In this document: positions 42,406-52,295 of the stretch, piece after piece
Layout of the letters: every line of letters begins with the position of its first letter
Position numbering within the stretch: the first letter of the stretch is position 1
Source of the DNA: Gammaproteobacteria bacterium
GTDB lineage: Bacteria > Pseudomonadota > Gammaproteobacteria > HK1
Reading direction: 5' to 3'
NCBI GenBank assembly: GCA_965223775.1
Contig: OZ245021.1
Coordinates: 5,069,517-5,133,516 of the forward strand
Length of the DNA stretch: 64,000 bases
Notes under the pieces: model-generated
Databases searched by the model: none
What the model saw: only the letters and a program-made list of their open reading frames with translations
What the model was told of the DNA's origin: nothing
Position numbers and translations under genes: made by a program

Positions 42406-45003
42406 ATGGCGCCCGTCGCCCTCCGGTTCGCGGCCCGCGAGCTTCGCCAGGGGCTCCGCGGCCTCCGCGGGTTCGGAGTCTTCCTCGGTTGCCTCGCCCT
42501 CGGGGTGGCGGCGATCGCCGGGGTGCTGTCGACCGCGACGTCGATCGTGACCGGGCTCAAGGCGGACGGGCGGGAGGTGCTCGGCGGCGACCTCGCCATT
42601 CGCGCCATCTACCGGGAGCTGACCCCCGACGCGCGGGCCGAGGTGGAGCGGGCGGCGGCGGCGATCTCCCATTTCGCGGAGATGCGCACCATGGCGCGCC
42701 GCCCGGACCGGGCAGCGCAGGCGAGCGTCCTCGTCGAGCTCAAGGCGGTGGACGGGCGCTATCCCCTCTTCGGCACGTTCGAAGCGCGGCGCGCCGACGG
42801 AAGCGCCGTCTCCCTGCCGCGGGGACTCGGCCGGGAGGGCGGCCAGTGGGGCGCGCTCGTCGAACCTTCCCTCGTCGATCGCCTCGATCTTGAGGACGGG
42901 GATCGGCTCGCGATCGGCGACATCGAGCTCGAGGTGCGGGGGACGATCGAGCGCGAGCCCGACCGGGCGGGTTCCGGAGGGCCGTTCGGCTTCTGGCCGC
43001 GCGCGCTGGTGAGCCTCGACGCGCTCGTCGAGTCGGGGCTCCTCCGCGAAGGGAGCCTCGTATACCACCAGTACGCGATACGCCTGCCCGAGGGCGCGCG
43101 GGCGGCCGCGGTGCGGGCGGACCTCGGCGAGCGTCTGCGCGCGGGCGGCTGGCAGATCCGGAGCTACGAGGACGCCGCCCCCGGCATTCAGCGGATGGTG
43201 GAGCGGCTCGGGTCCTTCTTGAGCCTCGTCGGCCTCACCGCCCTTCTCGTCGGCGGGGTCGGAGTCAGCAACGCGGTCCGGGCCTGGCTCGACGGACGGC
43301 TCGGGGTGATCGCGACCCTCAAGTGCATCGGCGCCTCCCGCCGCGTCGTGTTCTCGACCTTTCTTGCCCAGCTCACCGTGCTGGCCGGGCTCGGGGTGCT
43401 CGCCGGACTCGCCGCCGGAGCGCTCGCCCCGGTCGCGGTCGGCGAGCTGCTCGAGAAGCTGCTCCCGACCCCCATCGCCCTCGGCGTCTATCCGGGCGTC
43501 CTCGCGCTCGCCGCGCTGTTCGGGCTGCTCACCGCGCTCACCTTCACGGTGTGGCCCCTGTCGCGGGCGCAGGAGACGCCCGCCGTCGCCCTCTTTCGGG
43601 GGGTCGGGCTCGGCGTGCGCCCCGGGCGCGCGGGCCATCTCGCCGTGGCCCTCGCGGGCGGCGCCCTCCTCGCCGCGCTGGCCATCGCGAGCGCCCCGGA
43701 TCGCGTCTTCGCCGCGTGGTTCGCGGGCGGCGCGGCGCTCACCCTCCTCGCCTTCCGGGGCGCCGGATGGGGGGTGGTGCGGGCCGCCCGCGCCCTTCAC
43801 CGGCCCGCCCGCTCCGGCCCCGGTTCCGGCCCCGGCCGAGACCCGCATCGCTCACGGCTCGGCCCCCGGATGCGGATGGCGGTCTCGAACCTCTACCGGC
43901 CAGGCAACGCCACGGGCGACATCGTGCTCTCGCTCGGCCTCGGCCTCACCGTGCTCGTCACCGTCGCCCTCGTCGAAGGGAACCTGCGGCGCGGCATCGC
44001 GGAATCGCTCCCCGAGGACGCCCCCGCGTTCTTCTTCATCGGCGTCGAAGCGGACCGGCTCGAGCGGTTCCGCGAGACGGTGGCGGGAGTCGACGGCACC
44101 AGCCGGTTCCGGTCCGTGCCCTTCCTCCGCGGGCGCATCGTCCGGGTGAACGGCCTCGATCCGGAGGAAGCGCTGGTCAACGACGAGCACGCGTGGGTCA
44201 TCCAGGGCGACCGCGGGCTCAGCTACGCGACGACCGCCCCCGACAGCCCGGTCGTCGCCGGCCAGTGGTGGCCGGAAGACTACGCGGGGCCGCCGCTCCT
44301 CTCGGTCGACGTCGACGTCATCGACGCGTTCGAGCTTGAGCTCGGGGACACCATCACCCTCAACGTCCTCGGCCGGGAGATCACCGCGGAGGTCCGCCAC
44401 GTCCGCCGGGTGGAATGGCAGGGCATGCAGCTCAACTTCGCCCTCCTTCTGTCGCCCGAGCCGATGCGCCGCGCCCCACACGGCCACGTCGCGACGGTGC
44501 GCGCGGAGCCGGACGCGGAGGCCCGGGTGGAGCGGACCCTCGCCCGGGAGTACCCGGAGATCACCGTCATCCGGGTGCGCGAGGCGCTCGGGCGGGTCGC
44601 GGAGGTGATGGGCAACATCGCGGGGGCGGCGCGGGCGGTGGGCGGAATCACGCTCCTCGCGGGGGCGCTCGTGCTCGCGGGGGCGGTCGCGGCCGGCCAC
44701 CGCCGGCGCACCTACGAGAGCGTGGTGCTCAAGGTCCTCGGGGTGCGGCGGCGCGACGTCGCCCTCATCCACGCGGCGGAGTTCGGGCTCCTCGGGCTCC
44801 TCGCGGGAGCGGTCGCGGCGGCCGCCGGCACGGTGACCGCGTGGGCGGTGGTCACCCAGGTGCTCGAGCAGGAGTGGACGTTCCTGCCGGGAACCGTCGC
44901 GGCCACCGTCGCATCCTGCGTGGCCCTCACCCTCGCCCTCGGGCTTCTCGGGACCTGGCGCGCCCTCGGCGAGCCCGCCGCACCCTTCCTCCGCAACGAG
45001 TGA
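42406..45003 (+). CDS. ybbP: FtsX-family ABC transporter permease, YbbP-type (two FtsX domains)
   Basis: 865 aa with two clusters of four TM helices, each with a large periplasmic loop. It is translationally coupled to ybbA. Confidence 0.8.
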   Translation: MAPVALRFAARELRQGLRGLRGFGVFLGCLALGVAAIAGVLSTATSIVTGLKADGREVLGGDLAIRAIYRELTPDARAEVERAAAAISHFAEMRTMARRPDRAAQASVLVELKAVDGRYPLFGTFEARRADGSAVSLPRGLGREGGQWGALVEPSLVDRLDLEDGDRLAIGDIELEVRGTIEREPDRAGSGGPFGFWPRALVSLDALVESGLLREGSLVYHQYAIRLPEGARAAAVRADLGERLRAGGWQIRSYEDAAPGIQRMVERLGSFLSLVGLTALLVGGVGVSNAVRAWLDGRLGVIATLKCIGASRRVVFSTFLAQLTVLAGLGVLAGLAAGALAPVAVGELLEKLLPTPIALGVYPGVLALAALFGLLTALTFTVWPLSRAQETPAVALFRGVGLGVRPGRAGHLAVALAGGALLAALAIASAPDRVFAAWFAGGAALTLLAFRGAGWGVVRAARALHRPARSGPGSGPGRDPHRSRLGPRMRMAVSNLYRPGNATGDIVLSLGLGLTVLVTVALVEGNLRRGIAESLPEDAPAFFFIGVEADRLERFRETVAGVDGTSRFRSVPFLRGRIVRVNGLDPEEALVNDEHAWVIQGDRGLSYATTAPDSPVVAGQWWPEDYAGPPLLSVDVDVIDAFELELGDTITLNVLGREITAEVRHVRRVEWQGMQLNFALLLSPEPMRRAPHGHVATVRAEPDAEARVERTLAREYPEITVIRVREALGRVAEVMGNIAGAARAVGGITLLAGALVLAGAVAAGHRRRTYESVVLKVLGVRRRDVALIHAAEFGLLGLLAGAVAAAAGTVTAWAVVTQVLEQEWTFLPGTVAATVASCVALTLALGLLGTWRALGEPAAPFLRNE

Positions 45004-45024
45004 CCGCCGCGGTGCGGGCGCCGG

Positions 45025-45855
45025 TCACCGGCGCCTTTCGTCGAGCCGCGCTCTGAGCGCCGCGAGCTCGACCTCGGCGGCCTCGGCCCGCGACTCCGCA
45101 GCGTCGGCCCGTGACTTCGCAGCACCGGCCCTCGACTCCGCGGCTCCGGCCCTCGACTGCGCAGCGTCAGCCTTCCTCTGCGCAGCGTCGGCCTTCGACT
45201 CCGCAGCGTCGGCTCGTGACTCGGCGGCTTCAGCCCGCGACTCGGCGGCCTCGCGCGCGGCGAGTTGGTCGATACGGCTGAGAAGGCGCTCTCCCGTCGC
45301 CGGGTCGAAGAAGTGCATCTCCTCACCCTTCACCCGGAAGTCGAGATCGAGCGTCTTGCTGCGAAGGAGCAGCATCCCGTCGAGAGACTCCACCACCGGC
45401 TGCGGCACGTACGCGCCCTCCACCAGGCGACGGCCCTTGAGACGCAGCCCGAGGTATTCCCCCGTCGGGTCGTACTGCCAGTACTCCTGCACCCCGAGCC
45501 GCTCGTAGAGCTTCGCCTTCCGCCCGTCGTCCTCGCGCCACGTGCTGACCGACGCGACTTCCATCACGAAGGCGGGCACCACGCCCTCCTCCCACACCTT
45601 GTAGCTCGGGCGTTTGTGGCTGGGAACGCCGAACGCGACGAACACGTCCGGCGCCACCCGGGCGCGTGGATTGCCCTCCTCGTAGTAGATGAAGAGATCC
45701 CCGGACACGTAGACGTCCGGGCGGTCCCGGTAGTGGTGCTGGAGCGCGCTGACCGAATTGATGATCGCGAGGAGCTGCCAGTCATTCTCCGCCATCGGCT
45801 GGCCGTCCCCGCTCGGATACTCAACCGTGGCGGCAGGTCGAACGATTCGACTCAT
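45025..45855 (-). CDS. Uma2-family putative endonuclease (third, divergent paralogue) with a C-terminal (AAESRAD/E)n repeat tail
   Basis: PDVFVAFGVPSHKRPSYKVWEEGVVPAFVMEVASVST...YERLGVQEYWQYDP is a Uma2 core. The RBS GGAGGG precedes the start. Seven-residue repeats are encoded by 21-bp tandem DNA repeats at about 45060-45250. Confidence 0.7.
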   Translation of the reverse strand: MSRIVRPAATVEYPSGDGQPMAENDWQLLAIINSVSALQHHYRDRPDVYVSGDLFIYYEEGNPRARVAPDVFVAFGVPSHKRPSYKVWEEGVVPAFVMEVASVSTWREDDGRKAKLYERLGVQEYWQYDPTGEYLGLRLKGRRLVEGAYVPQPVVESLDGMLLLRSKTLDLDFRVKGEEMHFFDPATGERLLSRIDQLAAREAAESRAEAAESRADAAESKADAAQRKADAAQSRAGAAESRAGAAKSRADAAESRAEAAEVELAALRARLDERRR

Positions 45856-46181
45856 CGGAAGGTCCCTCCATGCGGCGCGACCGGGACGGGCCGCGCCGGC
45901 TCGTGCGCGTCCCGGGCTCCGGCGACGATAGCACGCTCATGTCCGCTCCCCAAGCGACGATCCGGGGTCCGATGATGAAGCGGGAACGGGGTCCGAGTCG
46001 TCAGCAGATCTCCTCGACATTCGCAGGAATTCGCCCCGGCGTGACCACGCGCCGGACACTGTGGGAGCCATATCCGCACCGAGACCAATCGGCGAACGTC
46101 ACGACGTTTCGCGTTTCTACTCTGGCGTTCCCGGCCTCGCCATAGCTAACCGACACTTCCGGTGTTCCGGCTCGATTCGGG

Positions 46182-49100
46182 TCATTGCTCGGGAGCTAGC
46201 GTGATCCGACGATGCTCCGCCGCAATCATCCGCCAAGGTCCGCCACAGAGAATCCACTTGCCGGCGGTGTGGACCGGGTTTTCAATCGGCAGCACTTCGT
46301 AGCTGCCATTCTCCGTCCGCTCCACGACGTACAGGTACCAGGAATCCGCTGCCTGCCCATCCGACATCTCGAACGCCTTGTGTACCTGGGCACGGCTCAG
46401 CTCCACAACCTCGTCGCCGTCCCACGAACGTCCCCTCCCCTTCACTTCGATCAGGCGTACCGCCCCCGTCTCGGGATCGATACTGCGGAGATCCCAGCCC
46501 TGCTGATGTGGATCGCCGAATTCCGGATTGCGGCCAGACTCCCTTTCGTATTGCGCGGCAACTTTGCGATACACCTCGTCCCCAAGCAGTCCACCAGCGT
46601 CCCGGCCTCCTTCTTCGGCACCACTGGAGTCGTCGCCATCAGTGTCCGGCGCGATCTCCCCCTTCAACGCGTTCTTCAGTTCCTCCGTCTTGCGCTTCTG
46701 CAGGGCAAAGGCTCTGTCTCTGGTGAAGGAGCCACCCATCGAACCCGACTCGCTATGCTCAGGGCTGCCAGAGGTGCCGTCTTGGGTGACACTCGATACG
46801 TCGTCAGCCTGATCCGACCCGTCAAGCTCGGAATCACCGGACACATCCTCTTGTCGCACCGACTCATCCGCGTCCCTCCGCCTTCCCGCGGTGGGTTCGT
46901 CGGCACCCGTGGCCGGGGCGAGATCGCCATCCGGACCGGTTGCTCCCTCAACGCCCGGAGCGCGTTGGAACGTCGTCGGCAACTCGAAATCGGGAGCAAA
47001 GGAGCGCACGAACTTGTCGGCGGCAAGAACGAAATCGTCTGCGGCGTCGATTGATGCCAGCATTGCAGTGAGATCCGCCGACAGGTCGGCGCGCTGGCCG
47101 AAGGAAAGAGACCTCAGAAGTTCCTTGGCCGCGTCCGCGCCGAACTGGATTGGCCGGCCGGCGACGGTCAGGTCGCCCTCGTGCAGGCGCGCGTTCACGG
47201 GTACGTTCTCAGCGGACATGCCTTTGACGCTGATCTTGAGATCGAGCCGTTCGAGGCGGCGAAGACGCCACTCCATCGTCGGCTCGATAACCGCGCCCTC
47301 GTCCTCCTCCAACCTTCCGATACCCTTGACATGCCGGAGTAGTTGGCAGATGAGCTCGAATCGGGGCGTCCAGACGTCTACAGACCGTTCAGTTCCCTCA
47401 CTCCAATCCATCTCGACAATGGCCGACAAGCGCTCCAAACCAAGCTTCTCCGCTGTGCGGAGCCGCTGATCGGGCGAATTGCCCAAGTGGCCGCCGGTGG
47501 CGGTTCGCAACTCGCCTTGCCCGGGAAAGAACCTTCGGTTCTCAATGTCGTCGAAGTAGATTTCTTCCTCGGACGGGCACATCCATTCTCGCCCATCGAA
47601 AACCGCCGCATTGCGAACGACGCCATTCCATCGCTCCGCATGCAAGATGTTGTCGTTCATGTCCTCAAGACAGTATGCATACGCGGTTGGGAGAACGTTG
47701 CGTACTTTATTCGCCAACCCGTCGGGCGAGAATCGGGCGCACGCCCAGACCTTCCGGAGGTAAGCCAGCGCCTGCTCCCCCGTCGTCGTTTCTGAGAACT
47801 GGTACGGGAACGCCGAGTGTTCCCACTCTTCACGCAGCCTTTCGTGGAATCGATCCAAGGGGGCGATCCAGCCACCGAGCGCCCCACGTGACCGGCCCCC
47901 AACTCGCTGAACGATTCGGGCGAATGGGATACGTTCGTTGTCCTCGGACAGGACGACGAGCTCCGGCACGGCCTGCTCGAAACGGAGTTTGTCTTCGTCC
48001 GTTTCAACCTGTTCGCGAACCTCTCGAAGCAGTTCGGCAAGCGCTTCTGGGGGGAGCTGTGACCCCACTCTCAAGAGTCGTTGGAGCGCGGTCGCATCGG
48101 GAATCGCCACGCCGAACCTCACGCCCTCCTGCTCCAGCACGGACATGAGGTCGCCCGAGAGCACCGCGACCGGTGCATCCTCCCGCGCCGGATCGGCCTC
48201 CCGGAGCACGTCTTGCGGGCGCCTGAGCTGGCCGTCGCAGCAGGGCACCCATGCGAGTCGGGACAGTTTGACCGCCCAAGTGCTTGGAAGCTCTCCCCGG
48301 CGGGAATGCGGGTAGCGGTAGAAATACTCGACCCCCCTGCGCCCCTTGCCGCGTAGCTTGCTGAAGCCGTCATCAAGCCATGCGCTGATCGCCGCTCGCA
48401 CCTCGGTGGGCGCGTTCGTATCTGGAAGGGAAGGTTCGATGTCGAAGTCCCGGAGCACGTAGCCGCTATTGTTCGACTCGCTGATCGCCTCGACTTTCAA
48501 TCCCAGAAACTCTGCCGCCTTCCCGCGTTCCCAGCGGTTGACTCTGTCCTCGATCGACCGAACTGCAAGCGTACCTTTGACGCCGGCCGCCTCGAAGAAC
48601 GTGCGCCATTCCTTCGGGTCGGCGGTCTCCGGATCCTCCAGATACGCCGCAGCGATTACGGGCGCATTCGGAAACAGGCATCCTCGGCTCTGGCCGCGTA
48701 CGTAGGGCTCCGCCAGGAGCGCGTCTCCGACCGGGACGCCTCGCCGGCCGCTCGCCGACTCCACGAGCACTCGGATCAGCAGGTCATGGCGCTTTCGATG
48801 TGCGGCCCAGCGGCCGAGTGGAACGAGCGCAGACCACTCCGGCGTTGGCGAGGCGTCCAGCCGGTTCACGGCGGCTTCGACAAGCTCACGAAGACCGATA
48901 CCTCGGGCGCGAGTCTCGATCCATTCCCGGGCCTGCGACAGATGGACCCGTTCCCCGCGCTTCCTCCCGGCACCTTGGCGGAGCGCCCCGCTCCACTCCT
49001 CCGCGAGGCAGCGGTCCTCGCCCGGAATGAATTGCTCCATCAATCTGCGCGTTTCGGGTCCACCCGGCTCACGCTCGGACGGAAGCGGCTCGTTGAAAAA

Positions 49101-50600
49101 CACCGATTCATCGACCGATCGCCACGCCCCGCCCGCCGTTCGGATGCAAGGGAGACTGGCCGTCGACCAAGCGTTTCCCGAGGCAAGCTCGGAGATGACG
49201 CCCCAAATGCGGAATAGCAAGTCACGGCGCGTCGATTCCTCGTCTTCGAGTTTCTCCCACCAACTTTCGAGCCCGCCGGCCCAAGCGTGTTCCAGGTCGC
49301 CAGACGACATCTCGGAGAGAAGGCCAGCCTGATCCAGTAACTCGTACCCACCCTCTCCGAGCACCCGATCGACGAGCACAGGGCCTCTCAGGAGCGCCGC
49401 CGGCCGAAGGGTGGGCTGCTCCTCGAACGCTTCCGCGAATGGCACGGGCGGAACGATCGCTTCCCTCGGCTTCGCGAATCCCAAGGCGCCGGTTCCCTCG
49501 GTCCACACGGGGATCACCGAAGCGTTCTCAAGCAGATCCTTCAGACGGGACAGCCAGCGTTCTTCGGCGAGGATCGCTTCGAGGCCGCCAGCCTCTTGCG
49601 AAGGCGCTGCGAGCACCGCGAAAGCCGCCTTGGCCGCATCGGGCTCCGAGAACGTGCGGGCCGCCCAACCGAGGACGCTCGCCAGCACGTCTGCAATTCG
49701 ATCCATGATGTCTCGTTGCCACGGATCGTCCTCTATCTCTCCGAGCCCCGTACGCGAGATGTTCAACAACCAGTCCGCGTTAACATGAACTCCAAGGGGA
49801 AGCATCACCTCCGTGGGCAACGTGGCGTAAATCCGGCCTTTCTGTGGGGGCACGGGCAGCCCTCGGTCATCCAAGGGCAGTATCCCGAGCACGCGACGCG
49901 CCCGGGCCGCTACGGCGTACACCAGCTCGCGCTCCTCCTTGGTGGGCTGAATCTTCCGATACTCGAGAAATCGTCGAATCGCCGCCCGCGAAGGCTTGAA
50001 CTCCACGGGAAAGAGCTGCCAACGCCGTTCCTCGCCGTCAGAACGAGCTATTGCCGTCATGCTTCCGTGGACTACCCCGTCGTCAACGCTCAGCGTCCAG
50101 ACCTGCCCGCCCGCGTCGAGGCGCTCCAGATTCGATGCCGCCAGGACCGCGAGGAGCGTGGGATCGTCGTCGGACAGAAGACGAGCCAGATCGGATTGAA
50201 GGTCCGTAGCGGGGTCGAAGCGCTTACACAGTTCGAACCGGGTAGTGAATCCCGCTTCCGGCTCCGCAATCCCATCGTCCCAGATTGGCAGGACCGCCCC
50301 CAGCGGCTCGATCTGAACGTCGCCGTATTCCTCGCCGACGACCTGGGACATTTCGTAGCGGAACGTCCAGTCCCACCCGGAGACCCGAGCTTCTCGGAAC
50401 CGCCCGAAGACACTCTTGAAGCCGATTCCCATGAATCCGACGGAGGCGGCGCCCTTGGTCGATCGGAAGACCTTCGACAGTCCCTCGACATCCTTCTTTT
50501 CGATCGGATTCTGTCCGTCGTGCTGAAAGATCAAGTTATCGCCATCGTCCGAGAGCCGGAACGCGATGGAACGGGCGCCGGCATCCAGCGCGTTCTGCAC
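46182..50600 (-). CDS. Large NOV/sacsin-like protein: an N-terminal GHKL (Hsp90-like) ATPase motif and a C-terminal DUF3883 (predicted restriction-endonuclease-like) domain
   Basis: 1472-aa ORF. The N-terminus carries ELVQNALDAGA, a sacsin/GHKL N-box-like motif. The C-terminus carries GWDLRSIDPETGAVRLIEVKGRG...WYLYVVER, a DUF3883 signature. The locus is visibly lower in GC than its flanks. The start is uncertain: the frame stays open for 57 codons upstream with no ATG, GTG or TTG, then an in-frame TAG, then a GTG with a perfect RBS. Confidence 0.75.
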   Translation of the reverse strand: MQNALDAGARSIAFRLSDDGDNLIFQHDGQNPIEKKDVEGLSKVFRSTKGAASVGFMGIGFKSVFGRFREARVSGWDWTFRYEMSQVVGEEYGDVQIEPLGAVLPIWDDGIAEPEAGFTTRFELCKRFDPATDLQSDLARLLSDDDPTLLAVLAASNLERLDAGGQVWTLSVDDGVVHGSMTAIARSDGEERRWQLFPVEFKPSRAAIRRFLEYRKIQPTKEERELVYAVAARARRVLGILPLDDRGLPVPPQKGRIYATLPTEVMLPLGVHVNADWLLNISRTGLGEIEDDPWQRDIMDRIADVLASVLGWAARTFSEPDAAKAAFAVLAAPSQEAGGLEAILAEERWLSRLKDLLENASVIPVWTEGTGALGFAKPREAIVPPVPFAEAFEEQPTLRPAALLRGPVLVDRVLGEGGYELLDQAGLLSEMSSGDLEHAWAGGLESWWEKLEDEESTRRDLLFRIWGVISELASGNAWSTASLPCIRTAGGAWRSVDESVFFNEPLPSEREPGGPETRRLMEQFIPGEDRCLAEEWSGALRQGAGRKRGERVHLSQAREWIETRARGIGLRELVEAAVNRLDASPTPEWSALVPLGRWAAHRKRHDLLIRVLVESASGRRGVPVGDALLAEPYVRGQSRGCLFPNAPVIAAAYLEDPETADPKEWRTFFEAAGVKGTLAVRSIEDRVNRWERGKAAEFLGLKVEAISESNNSGYVLRDFDIEPSLPDTNAPTEVRAAISAWLDDGFSKLRGKGRRGVEYFYRYPHSRRGELPSTWAVKLSRLAWVPCCDGQLRRPQDVLREADPAREDAPVAVLSGDLMSVLEQEGVRFGVAIPDATALQRLLRVGSQLPPEALAELLREVREQVETDEDKLRFEQAVPELVVLSEDNERIPFARIVQRVGGRSRGALGGWIAPLDRFHERLREEWEHSAFPYQFSETTTGEQALAYLRKVWACARFSPDGLANKVRNVLPTAYAYCLEDMNDNILHAERWNGVVRNAAVFDGREWMCPSEEEIYFDDIENRRFFPGQGELRTATGGHLGNSPDQRLRTAEKLGLERLSAIVEMDWSEGTERSVDVWTPRFELICQLLRHVKGIGRLEEDEGAVIEPTMEWRLRRLERLDLKISVKGMSAENVPVNARLHEGDLTVAGRPIQFGADAAKELLRSLSFGQRADLSADLTAMLASIDAADDFVLAADKFVRSFAPDFELPTTFQRAPGVEGATGPDGDLAPATGADEPTAGRRRDADESVRQEDVSGDSELDGSDQADDVSSVTQDGTSGSPEHSESGSMGGSFTRDRAFALQKRKTEELKNALKGEIAPDTDGDDSSGAEEGGRDAGGLLGDEVYRKVAAQYERESGRNPEFGDPHQQGWDLRSIDPETGAVRLIEVKGRGRSWDGDEVVELSRAQVHKAFEMSDGQAADSWYLYVVERTENGSYEVLPIENPVHTAGKWILCGGPWRMIAAEHRRITLAPEQ

Positions 50601-50938
50601 CAGCTCGAATACGTAGATCCAACGATGCTCGAAGGTCAGCTCGAATGCGCGTAGCGCCCCTCGGCCGTCCGGCGTTCCGTAGGACGTCTGGTTGTCACGA
50701 GCAAGTAACTCGACGAAATCTCTACGTGTCAGTTCTGCACGGCTTCTCTGAGTTCTGCCTTTCCAGAGGGGCTACTCACGACCCGACTCGGTTGCGGGGT
50801 ACTTCACGTTCCGTTCCTCCTACCGGTTGCGCCGCAGGTTGGGTTTCCGGCAGTCCCGGACAGGGCCGAGCCAAGTGCTACCTCGCCCGGATCGTCTCCG
50901 TCGTCTGCAAGTCTTTGGGCTCCGACGGCTGGCGCCGG

Positions 50939-51277
50939 CTATCGCGCGAGATGGGCGAGGAGGCCGGGGTCGAGCGGGTCGCAGGGCCGGCCGAGGAGGC
51001 GCTCCGCCGCGGGCCACAGGCCGCCGAGGTCCGGGACGACCTCGCTCCGGCCGGTCTTCGTGCGCAGCACGTAGGACGAGGCGGCCCACTCCGCGAGGAC
51101 GAGCCCCAGCGGGTCGAGCACCCGGTTGACGAGCCGGACCCGCTCCTGGCGCTCCCGCGCCGGGGTCACGCGCGGGCGCTCCGCTGCGCCTGCGTCGGAC
51201 CCGCCGAAGATGGCCGGGCTCGCGGCCCGCTCGGTCCAGTGCCGCTCGCCCCCGAGCACCCCGCAGAGGCCGCACAC
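50939..51277 (-). CDS. Hypothetical protein
   Basis: 112 aa with high-GC third-position codon usage. It lies 8 bp downstream of the deacetylase gene on the same strand. No recognisable domain. Confidence 0.35.
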   Translation of the reverse strand: MCGLCGVLGGERHWTERAASPAIFGGSDAGAAERPRVTPARERQERVRLVNRVLDPLGLVLAEWAASSYVLRTKTGRSEVVPDLGGLWPAAERLLGRPCDPLDPGLLAHLAR

Positions 51278-51284
51278 GGTCCGC

Positions 51285-52295
51285 TCAGTCCGCGGCCGCG
51301 ACCTGCGTCGGGCTCGTTCCGCGCGGGGAGCGGGCCCGGAAGTCGTCCGCGATCTCGTCGAAGGTGCAAAAACGCACCCCCGGATGGGACGAGATGTACT
51401 CGTAGATCCGTTCGTGCATGAGCAGCACCTGGGGGCGCCCCGAGACGTCCGGGTGGATCGTCATCGTGAACACCGCGTAGTCGTACTCGCGGTACACCCA
51501 GTCGAACTGGTCCCGCCACAGTTGCTCGATGTCGCGCGGGTTGGCGAACCCGTAGCTGTTCGGGGCGGTCTTGATGAACATCATCGGCGGGAGATCGTCG
51601 AGGTACCAGCTTCCCGGGATGTCGATGAGGTCGGTCTCCTCGCCCCGAACGAGCGGCTTCATCCACTCGCTCGGGTGCTTGGAGTAGTCGATCTTGGTCC
51701 AACTGTCGCCCACCCGCACGTAGAACGGGTGGAAGTCGTTGTTCATCAGGCTGTGGTCGTACTTGATGCCGCGCTTGAGGAGCAGCTCGTTGGTATAGGG
51801 GCTGAACTCCCACCAGGGTGCGACGTAGCCGGTCGGCGACCGCCCGCAGAGCCGGTCGATGAGGTCGATGCACTTGTCGAGCACCGCCTCCTCCTGCTCC
51901 GGGGTCATCGCGATGGGATTCTCATGGGAGTACCCGTGGACCCCGATCTCGTGGCCGGCGTCCGCCACCATCTTGCACTCGTCGGGGAAGGTCTCGATGG
52001 AGTGGCCGGGAATGAACCACGAGGTGCGGATCCCGAACTTGTCGAAGAGCCGGACCATGCGCGGCACCCCGACCTCGCCGGCGAAGAGGCCGCGTGAGAT
52101 GTCGCACGGGGAGTCCTCGCCGCCGTAGGAGCCGAGCCAGCCGGCGACCGCGTCCACGTCCACCCCGTAGGCGCAGAGGATCTCCTTGCGCCCGCCCGGC
52201 CGGGCGAGAAACTCCTGCCGCACCTCGGGCGACGGGCCGGAGTCCGGCGCCGCGTTCGAATGCACCAGCGGCCGCGGCCGATATCGTTCACGCAT
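51285..52295 (-). CDS. Polysaccharide deacetylase family protein (NodB/PuuE-like)
   Basis: The ATG at 52295 follows an RBS (GGAGTGAAGGGG). A NodB homology domain shows metal-binding His and Asp residues (HGYSH, D..D). Confidence 0.75.
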   Translation of the reverse strand: MRERYRPRPLVHSNAAPDSGPSPEVRQEFLARPGGRKEILCAYGVDVDAVAGWLGSYGGEDSPCDISRGLFAGEVGVPRMVRLFDKFGIRTSWFIPGHSIETFPDECKMVADAGHEIGVHGYSHENPIAMTPEQEEAVLDKCIDLIDRLCGRSPTGYVAPWWEFSPYTNELLLKRGIKYDHSLMNNDFHPFYVRVGDSWTKIDYSKHPSEWMKPLVRGEETDLIDIPGSWYLDDLPPMMFIKTAPNSYGFANPRDIEQLWRDQFDWVYREYDYAVFTMTIHPDVSGRPQVLLMHERIYEYISSHPGVRFCTFDEIADDFRARSPRGTSPTQVAAAD

